A stretch of 43,637 bases of DNA, from NCBI RefSeq assembly GCF_001194135.2, contig NC_068985.1, forward strand, positions 83,309,718 through 83,353,354, written 5' to 3'. Positions 35,040 to 43,637 of the stretch are shown piece by piece. Every line of letters starts with the position of its first letter. Position 1 is the stretch's first letter. A model generated the notes under the pieces. That model ran no database searches, was not told the origin of the DNA, and saw nothing but the letters and a program-made list of their open reading frames with translations. The stretch comes from Octopus bimaculoides (lineage: Eukaryota). Made by a program: the position numbers and the translations under genes.

Positions 35040-35346
35040 TATATATAATGGTAACATAGTATCAACCAGACTGTCAGATGTTATACATCACTGGTCACAA
35101 TGCACTTCACATTACTTTAGCTCTCAAATGGCACCACCTCACTGTCTAGGCAAGCAGGCCAACATTCCTCTTGATTACCAGAAGGTCATTCCATGACAGG
35201 GTTACCAATTTATAGCTGTTAGGACTGGAACAATGTGAAATGAAATGTGTTGCTCAAGAGCACAACATGCCACCCAGTCTGGGAATCGAACCCATGATCT
35301 GGCAATCGTGAGTGCAATACCTTAAACACTTGACCATATGCCTTCA
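35040..35346 (-). mobile_element. tRNA-derived SINE (family C-like)
   Basis: Reverse complement: tgaaggcatatggtcaagtgtttaagg...gggttcgattcccagactggg...tgtgctcttgagcaacac. Confidence 0.75.
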
Positions 35347-35545
35347 GACACACACACACACACAGACACGCACATACATACATTTATATGTGTATGTGTC
35401 TTTGTGTGTATCCACCACCACCACCACCACCACCATCACCACTCCACAACTAATTCTGGTTTCTTTATGTTAAATGTGAAAGTGTATTAACAAATTTTTA
35501 TGTATAAAAGTTAAGAGTTGCATAAAATTTGCGATCATTAGGTAA

Positions 35546-35581
<36 letters not shown>

Positions 35582-36332
35582 CTGTGCAAGGAAAGAAAAT
35601 AAGAGAAAGAGGAGGAGAGTGTAAGAGAGAAGTAGAAAGAAGGCGGAGCATGAGAAATCAGACAGCCAGTCAAGTAGCAAAGTTGATAAATACATCAGAC
35701 ATAGTGATAAAGGAATGATATAATAGCAAGATTGGTCAACTGGGTCCCTTTTACAGGTCACCTTGATCTGTCTGTTAGTTAGTCCCTAACTGCAATATAT
35801 CATTATAGTCATAGTTTACAGTGGTAGATTAAGCCTTTTCTATTGTTGCTTCCTCTGCTGTCTATTAGTAATTTCTCTTCTCCAAGACAAAAGACTGAAG
35901 CTGAAAGCTGAAATAAAGGTGACTGAGTAATGATGGCATTAAGTTGGATGTCATGGATCATGTTACAAAGGCTTTAAGTTGGAGTATTATAAGATAAGAG
36001 GATCTGTTAAGTAAGGGTGGACGTTTTGGAGTTGAGATATTGGTAGATATTGGTAGGGACTTTGATGTGGAAGAAATTGCTTATTTGTGTTGTCGTTGAT
36101 GTTGATGATGTTGTTGTCATTGTTGTTGTTGTTGGTGGTTATGGTAATTTTGCTGATGTTGGTAGTGGACAGAATGTTAATATATATTTATTCAAGGTAG
36201 TAACTGATGCAATTAAATTGTATCCAGCTAGCTGTATCTCAAAGTTCCAACATGGACACACACGCATGTGCATGCATGCACACACACACACATGCACACA
36301 CACATGCACACACACACAATACACATACATAC

Positions 36333-36369
<37 letters not shown>

Positions 36370-36653
36370 CTCATGTATACACATATGTGTCTGTCTATCT
36401 ATGTGATCATGTTATCAGCTACAATTTATAGAATAAAGCTTAACAAAGGAAAAATGATGATACAAGAAACTGATGCATTAACATCATCAGAATTGGAAAA
36501 AATTATTGGCTCTTGAAATGCAAAGCAAATATACATACACAATGTGCACTGAAAATACACATGTGTATACTTACATACAATATATATAAATGTATATGTA
36601 AGTATACATGCACAAATGCACATCCACATGCACATACATACATATATATATAT

Positions 36654-36712
<59 letters not shown>

Positions 36713-36921
36713 TATAATTTATATAAGGGCATTACTATACAGTAATGCCTCACACTTAGAGGGACTTTATAAGTCAAAACTACCAAAATAAGCACATATT
36801 TACCGATCGCGAGGGAATGCAACTTTCAAAGCTAGCCTCCTATGGTTTTTTTCCTTATGAGGTTTTTTCACGCTGACTACTTGATAAATTCTTATAAAGA
36901 TTTTATCCTTATATTATATTA

Positions 36922-36980
<59 letters not shown>

Positions 36981-37481
36981 CTGTGTATGTATAAAGCAGC
37001 AGTATTTCTATCCTTATATCTGATATGTAAATACGTTTTGCAACTATAACTGAATATATCACAATCATGGAAATATTAATTATTAAATTATGAAACCTAA
37101 TAAGAGCCAACTATATAAAAGTAAAATATACTAGTAAAGTGTATCATTTCCACAATGCCTATTTATTGTGGGACTAGCCCCTCTGGGTTTTTATTGTAAA
37201 TACAATTAGCTTTTTATAGCATTAAGGTAATTATGGCTAACAATCTTGTGTGTGAAACAATTAAGGCAGGGTTGATCATTCAAAATATCATCTCTTTACT
37301 TTATGACAACACATATTTTGATATATTTGTGGAGAAAACTGAAAAGTTTTACTGCTGTCAAGATTTCTAATTACATTACTTTTAAAGGTTTTCAGTAAGG
37401 TTTTCGGTATTTTATGATGTATTTAACTAAAAATTTGTTATTTTTAGTTAATAAATGACTGTTTGCTAGTTAAATTTGCAG

Positions 37482-37552
37482 GTTCCACAAATGCACAAAT
37501 AACATCTATTCTTACCCTATCACTGTTGTTTGGTTTGCTGAGTCTAAAATAA
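37482..37552 (+). CDS. Candidate terminal exon encoding a hydrophobic, GPI-signal-like C-terminus (xSTNAQITSILTLSLLFGLLSLK*)
   Basis: Acceptor gttaaatttgcAG and an open phase-1 frame to TAA. Small residues are followed by a hydrophobic tail. It could be a chance match. Confidence 0.25.
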
Positions 37553-38152
37553 TCTAGTCAAATTTAAATTTGATAGCTTTTGTTTGAAGCTTTAATGTAG
37601 GATTAGCAAAGAAGTCCTTGTGGGAAGAATATCTAATTGTATATATTGGATGTAGATCATATATACAACTTAATCCCAATATGGAATTAGGTAGTATATA
37701 TTATACCAACATGCAATGTCTTTTCTGTCTGAGGCAGTGTCTGTTAAGAAGACATTGATTAATAATTCTACAATTACATCTATTTCTAATATCTCTTATA
37801 TTAATTTCACTATAGGTTGGTTATATTCAACATGATATGGTTGCAGTAGATAAAGTATCTTTAAATTGATGCAGCAGAAGCTCATATATTTGCTTTATTT
37901 TATCATCATTGCTATAACCTGTGGCTTACTGTTATGGTGATTGCAGTTTATTTGTTCTATATATGATCATTCCTCCAAGCCAAATGATTTTTGTTTATGG
38001 CAGATAGAAATGACACTACCATCTTACCATGCAGTAGAACTAAACTCAAAACTATGTGGTTGGGAAGCAAAATTCATAACCACACAGCCATACTTGCACT
38101 CCAACCATACTAGTGCTTCTCACTCTCTATGTCTGTATCTCACTCGCTATGG

Positions 38153-38191
<39 letters not shown>

Positions 38192-38194
38192 ATC

Positions 38195-38580
38195 TTTTAC
38201 TTGTTTCAGTCATTTGACTGTCGCCATGCTGGGGTATTACCTTGAAAGGTTTTAGTCAAACAAATCAACCCCACAACTTAATGATTTTTGAAGTCTAGTA
38301 TTTATTCTATCAGTCTCTTTTGCTGAACCACTAAGTAACAGTGGCATAAATACACCAACACCGGTTGTCAAGCGGTGGTGGGGACAGACACATACACGCA
38401 CACGCACACACATTATACAATGGGCTTTTTTCAGTTTCTGTCTACAAAATCCACTTAAAAGGCATTGGTCAGTCTGAAGTTATAGTAGAAGACACTTGCC
38501 CAAGGTGTCACACAGTGGGACTGAACCCAGAACTGTGTTGTTGAGAAGCAATCTTCTTACCACATAGCCACACCTGCACC
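38195..38580 (-). mobile_element. SINE family A (antisense), essentially full length
   Basis: tcttttacttgtttcagtcatttgactg...aacaccggttgtcaagcg...cttgcccaaggtgtcacacagtgggactgaaccc...cacatagccacacctgc. Confidence 0.9.
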
Positions 38581-38596
38581 TATATCTATCTATCTA

Positions 38597-38642
<46 letters not shown>

Positions 38643-38887
38643 TATATACATAAGCACATGCATGTATGTGTATATACACACACACACATACATGTACACT
38701 GACATATGTCCTTTTCTTTTGTCTCTGAATAGTTTGTTAGTTTGTATCAGAGTGACTAATGCCAAAAGATATTGGATATGAAGAAGACATACTGGAAGGA
38801 AGGCATAAATATATTTGTATGTGTGTGAGGTGTATATGAATGCATTTGTGTATTTATATACATTTATATACAACTTCGAGTGAGTGA

Positions 38888-38892
<5 letters not shown>

Positions 38893-38972
<80 letters not shown>
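38893..38972. repeat. (GA)n microsatellite
   Basis: Read directly from the sequence. Confidence 0.98.
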
Positions 38973-38976
<4 letters not shown>

Positions 38977-39826
38977 AGCAATCTAAAGAAGGGAAAATTA
39001 TTCTTAATCCTTTCATACCCATTCTTCTGACTCTACCCACCCATCCTTTTTCTTTCTCCCTCTCTTCCTCCCTCCAATTCTTTCTCATCCTCTTTTAGTT
39101 TCCATGCCATCAACTGTCCATAGTGTTCCAGTGTGATGGTCCTTTACTTACTACCAGCATTATCCTGACTAATGACGGTATTATGCACAAGATCTAAGAA
39201 ACGATGTGGGGAGGAGTGGGTCAAACAGACACACACATGCACACACACACACACGCACAGACAAGCAGACAGACAGACTCTTGGTATGATGGGGGTAATG
39301 GGAGTGGTGTCAGTAGACCTGGCATTGGTATTACTATACTAGTGGTAGTGGAATGGTGGAACGAAGCCGGTATATTGACCACCGTCATTCATTCATGCTG
39401 CCACCAATTCAACCTTGTCGCAGTCATTCTTACTGTCACCCTCACTCCACACTTGCATCTACCCCACACCCCGGACCTCCACCCAAACGCCAATATCTGC
39501 TTTGTTCTGTTCTTAGAGATTTAATGTTTCTTCCTTTTATCAGTCATAGTCAGTCTGTCAGGCAAGTTACTGTTCTGAGATACTAGCAAAGGTAAATGAC
39601 TTGCTAGCAAAATTGCATGATGGAGACCTATTGCTGGACACAGATGTGTGTGTGTTTGTGTGTATATGTGCATGCATGTGTGTGTACATGTGTATGTGCA
39701 CATGTGTGTGTATACACGTGTGTGTGTGTATGTACATATGCATGTGTATATGTGTATGTGTCTGAATGTATGTAAGTGATAGTGAATACCCATTGAATAT
39801 CTGATGGTGATTCATCTATCTATCTA

Positions 39827-39860
<34 letters not shown>

Positions 39861-40482
39861 GTCTATGCATGTATGTATGTATGTATGTATGTATCTATCT
39901 TTCTATCTATCTATCTATCTTACTATCTTTTTATATATGTATCTATCTATCTGTCTGTCTGTCTGTCTATCTATCTAGCTGTCTGTCTGTCTGTCTTTCT
40001 ATCTGGCTATATATATATNNNNNNNNNNNNNNNNNNNNNNNNNNNNNNNNNNNNNNNNNNNNNNNNNNNNNNNNNNNNNNNNNNNNNNNNNNNNNNNNNN
40101 NNNNNNNNNNNNNNNNNNNNNNNNNNNNNNNNNNNNNNNNNNNNNNNNNNNNNNNNNNNNNNNNNNNNNNNNNNNNNNNNNNNNNNNNNNNNNNNNNNNN
40201 NNNNNNNNNNNNNNNNNNNNNNNNNNNNNNNNNNNNNNNNNNNNNNNNNNNNNNNNNNNNNNNNNNNNNNNNNNNNNNNNNNNNNNNNNNNNNNNNNNNN
40301 NNNNNNNNNNNNNNNNNNNNNNNNNNNNNNNNNNNNNNNNNNNNNNNNNNNNNNNNNNNNNNNNNNNNNNNNNNNNNNNNNNNNNNNNNNNNNNNNNNNN
40401 NNNNNNNNNNNNNNNNNNNNNNNNNNNNNNNNNNNNNNNNNNNNNNNNNNNNNNNNNNNNNNNNNNNNNNNNNNNNNNNNNN

Positions 40483-40631
40483 AAAAAAATCTTGTTATAC
40501 TTTTATACTTAAATATTATTTGGAATTTTATAAAAAAAATTTTGTTATACTTTTATACTTAAATATTATTTGGAATTTTATTAAAAAAATCTTGTTATAC
40601 TTTTATACTTAAATATTATTTGGAATTTTAT
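40483..40631. repeat. 50-bp AT-rich minisatellite, 3 near-identical copies next to a gap
   Basis: cttgttatacttttatacttaaatattatttggaatttta recurs at 40491, 40541 and 40591. Confidence 0.95.
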
Positions 40632-40644
40632 AAAAAAAAATTAT

Positions 40645-40760
40645 TAAAACATTTTAAGTATTGTAGAAGTATAACCAGTTTGTTGCAAATAAATTTCTAA
40701 CAAACCCCCAAGGGCAATGTGGATCTCCAAGGGTCTCATTGACCTGGTTGAGAACCACTG
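40645..40760. mobile_element. hAT (Charlie-like) non-autonomous element end
   Basis: Ends ggttgagaaccactg, the reverse complement of the CAGTGGTTCTCAACC TIR typical of hAT-Charlie MITEs. Confidence 0.6.
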
Positions 40761-41199
40761 GGTTAGATGTTTTGACAGGATCTGTTGGGCCCAGCAACTA
40801 CATTGTGCTTCACTACCTGCTTTGGTATGTTTCCTATGGCTGGATGTCCTTCTTAATACGAACCAATTTATCGCATGAGCTGGCTGCTTTTTATTATGGT
40901 ACTAGCACTGATGAGCTCATCATGCAGCCAGCAAAACTAAGGACTTCAAGGAGGTAAGTTTAAGCTGGGGATGAAGGGTTAAAGTATGATGGAAGGGTAC
41001 CAGAGCAGAACAGGTTTCTTAGTGTGGGAAAGCTACATGACAACTCACATTTTAAAAGAGAAGGTAAGAACAATCAGGTGGAACTGAAAAGAGGTAAAAA
41101 CAGTGATGATGAGGTGTTTGAATTGACCTTTAAGGTACAAGTTGAGTAAAAGTGAGTGAGAACAGAAGAATCAGAGTGGCATTTTAGGGAATATCTCCT

Positions 41200-41365
41200 C
41201 ACTAGTCATAGCAAACCTTTTTTAGCCTGTAGTTTTGCCAGCTGAGTGGATTCGAACAACATGAAAGGAAGTGCTTTGCTCAAGAACACAATGTCTTGCT
41301 TAGTTCAGGAATTGAAACCACAATATTAGGATCATGAGTCCAACACCCTAACCACTAAGCCACGC
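41200..41365 (-). mobile_element. tRNA-derived SINE head (family C-like)
   Basis: Reverse complement: gcgtggcttagtggttagggtgttggactcatgatc...ggtttcaattcctg...tgtgttcttgagcaaagcac. Confidence 0.75.
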
Positions 41366-41739
41366 TGTATTCTGACCTGGGGCAAAGCAACAATGTTTTC
41401 CTGAAGGCAACAAATTCACTGAGTCATTTGAGCATCAGATAAATTACCTCGAGATATTTTATTCTGACCTTCTTCACTTTGAGTTTCAATTCCCACTTGT
41501 TTCAACTCCACCTTTCATCATTTCAGGATCAATGAAATAAGCATCCCCGATAGAGAGATTACAATTTTATTTTGGTGGACAACCCCCACCCCATCCTATG
41601 GCCTTTTAATGTTTAAAAACTACTTTTCTGGATACTTCTTTCAAAATTCCTGTTTTGTTTCTCACACATTAACTTGAATGAATTGATGAATTCCAATATC
41701 TTAAATCTGGGTTTGTCCCCATTAACGAGGGTGGCTGAA

Positions 41740-42085
41740 CTTACCTCACTCTTGCAGCAACCACACCCACACCATCTCGCCATCTCTCCTGGTTTTGGGT
41801 ATCCTCCCTCCACAAGCCAACCCTCCCAATCTCTTCCTCCACCTGTCCCCTCCACATTTTCTTTGGTCAACCTTGCTTTCACGGTTCATTCACTCTAAAC
41901 TCAAGCACTCTCCTCAGAACACGATCCTTATCCCTCCTCAGCACATGTTCATACCACTGCATTCCATTCGCCCTTGCCAACTGTTCCACAAATTCCTTTA
42001 ACCCCAGCATCCCCGTCAAGTCCTCAGCCCTCCTTTTATCCAACAGTTTCACACCACACATTGCTCTCTCAGTCCTTCTCAAAAC
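41740..42085 (-). mobile_element. RTE-clade LINE ORF C-terminal fragment
   Basis: RRTERAMCGVKLLDKRRAEDL...QLARANGMQWYEHVLRRD...VLRRVLEF, then the GRPKKTW-like region in a shifted frame. Confidence 0.85.
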
Positions 42086-42141
42086 TGAATTATGTAAAAT
42101 GTTAAAGAAAGAAACCTAACTGTTTCTTGCAATGCATACAT

Positions 42142-42367
42142 TTAATCCTTTACCATTCAGATTACTCTGTCAAAAGTAATGCTTATTTATTCACATTGTT
42201 TTGAATTAATCATGCATTATCTTATAGCTTTCAGATTTTGATGAGGAAGCTGTTAAGTTTTAGAATGATATTGTACGGTTGCCATGAGAAGTCAGATCTC
42301 ATCAGTTTTATAATAAATCAGGTAGAATATTTTGGCTGGATGGCTGGTTGAAACACTAAAGGGTTAA
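42142..42367. mobile_element. piggyBac-type MITE with TTAA target-site duplication
   Basis: TTAA(42142-45)-tcctttacca...acactaaaggg-TTAA(42364-67). The CCCTT-like TIRs and TTAA flanks are diagnostic of piggyBac. Confidence 0.8.
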
Positions 42368-42519
42368 ATCAAAATTTTAGATGGATGTTTAAAATATTAC
42401 TGTGGTTCCCTAATTTACTATTCTGATAGTAAACCCCCCCCCCCAAATTTTATATGTCCCCTACTAGAGATCGTACGGACCCGTGACCTACAGGGTGGTT
42501 ATAACACCCTTGATCAAAG

Positions 42520-42735
42520 GTTTGGTCAGTCATAATTGACCTGGAGCTAACAACCACTACTACAGTCTTGGTCCTCAGAATTGCCACTTTCATCAACCAT
42601 AATGTGGTGCTGGACTCCACGGACAGAAGTAAAAATGACGGAATAAGTCATGGCCAAAATGCCTTTGATCGTAAGTTTTCTCACTCAAGCTTGACTTGGA
42701 GCTAAACAACAACAACAACAACAACAATAACAGCC
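42520..42735 (+). mobile_element. Two tandem 3' ends of a (CAA)n-tailed retroposon
   Basis: ttgatc...ttgacctggagctaacaac at about 42510-42555 and ttgatc...ttgacttggagctaaa(caa)n at about 42665-42730. Confidence 0.5.
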
Positions 42736-43580
42736 ATTATTATAACTTAGCCACTGCAAATTGATTATGTTCATCACCTACCACCACTGCATCCACCACT
42801 GCCTCTGCCACTACCACTATTGCTGCTGGATCATGTAATATTTGGGTAGAACAGGGTTAGTATATCCATTACACTTACCACCACCATTGCCACCACCACC
42901 ATCGCTACCACCACCATCACCACCACCACAACAACTTTCATCACCACCACAACCACTTCCACCACCACTACCATCACCTGCATTACTATGATCCCCAAAT
43001 ACCATTCCTAACTCCCTATCTCTCTCACTGTTTCTGTCTGTCTGTCTGTCTCCTTTTCACTCCCTCTCCCCCCTCTCTCTCTCTTCCCAGACTCTTTCTT
43101 TCCTCCTCACTATCACAATTGCTTGGCTCATGAAAATGTTCTCCTACCTAACCCACTACCCCTAAAAAGTAGTCCCTCCACCTACTCCCCTCCTATTGTT
43201 TCTTCTACCCCCTCTGTCCCCTCATTGATATGGTAAATGGTACAAGACAAATGACTATAAAAGAAGAAGAGGAAGGGACACAAAAAGGAGATGCACGTCT
43301 AATAGAAAGAGAGAGAGAGAGTGAGGGAGAGGGAGAGAGGGGGAGAGATAGAATTTGTATACATGAATGTGTATCTGTTCTTATGCAAATGAATGTGGGC
43401 ATGTGTGGGTGTATGTGTGTGCATGCCCATGTATGTGTGTATGTTACTGTATGCTTATATCTGTTCATATGTATGTGTGCATCTATGCGCCTGTATGTAT
43501 ATATATATGTGTGTGTGTGTGTGTGTATGTGTTAACTAAGGCCACCTTAGAGTGCTGAGTTATAGTGATAATAGTAATCA

Positions 43581-43589
<9 letters not shown>

Positions 43590-43637
<48 letters not shown>
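43590..43637. repeat. (AAT)n microsatellite at window end
   Basis: Read directly from the sequence. Confidence 0.97.

Noticed and set aside
36426-36514. Minus-strand hydrophobic tail EPIIFSNSDDVNASVSCIIIFPLLSFIL*
   Set aside because: It has an acceptor-like site, but it lies opposite the best exon and no other minus-strand exons support it.
39100-39520. Possible degenerate LINE fragment
   Set aside because: Only a faint resemblance (CGV...RL.W), with no convincing motif run.
40908-40950. CTGATGAG hammerhead-core-like motif (also at 30054)
   Set aside because: There is no stem II followed by GAAA and no flanking helices I and III. SINE-B units also lack a CUGAnGA core on either strand, so I do not call the arrays retrozymes.

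Overview
This is eukaryotic, AT-rich, microsatellite-dense DNA with many N gaps, from a draft assembly. The SINE families and repeat landscape look like an octopus (coleoid cephalopod) genome; that is recognition from memory, not a database result. Almost all of the supplied ORFs are microsatellite or low-complexity artefacts. I find one convincing host-gene coding exon (+, 2146-2256; gene not identified), so most of the window is probably intron or intergenic DNA. It is filled with decayed mobile elements. DNA transposons: a hAT/BED-finger element, three Tc1/mariner families (DD34D full length, DD36E, DD37D), piggyBac-type and hAT MITEs, and several fold-back elements. Retroelements: a Penelope-like element, RTE LINE 3' ends, an R4/Dong-type restriction-like-endonuclease (RLE) LINE fragment, a possible BEL integrase remnant, and at least three tRNA-derived SINE families. 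The most interesting pattern is a microsatellite-centred retroelement system. One SINE family ends in (ATT/ATC)n and stacks head-to-tail into arrays of divergent copies (8 units at 17.9-19.7 kb, about 5 at 25-26.2 kb), and an R4/Dong-like LINE sits inside the tail of another copy of that SINE. Other leads are a hAT that recalls teleost elements (possible horizontal transfer) and several long inverted repeats that could form ADAR substrates. None of these is shown to be novel; each needs the checks listed.
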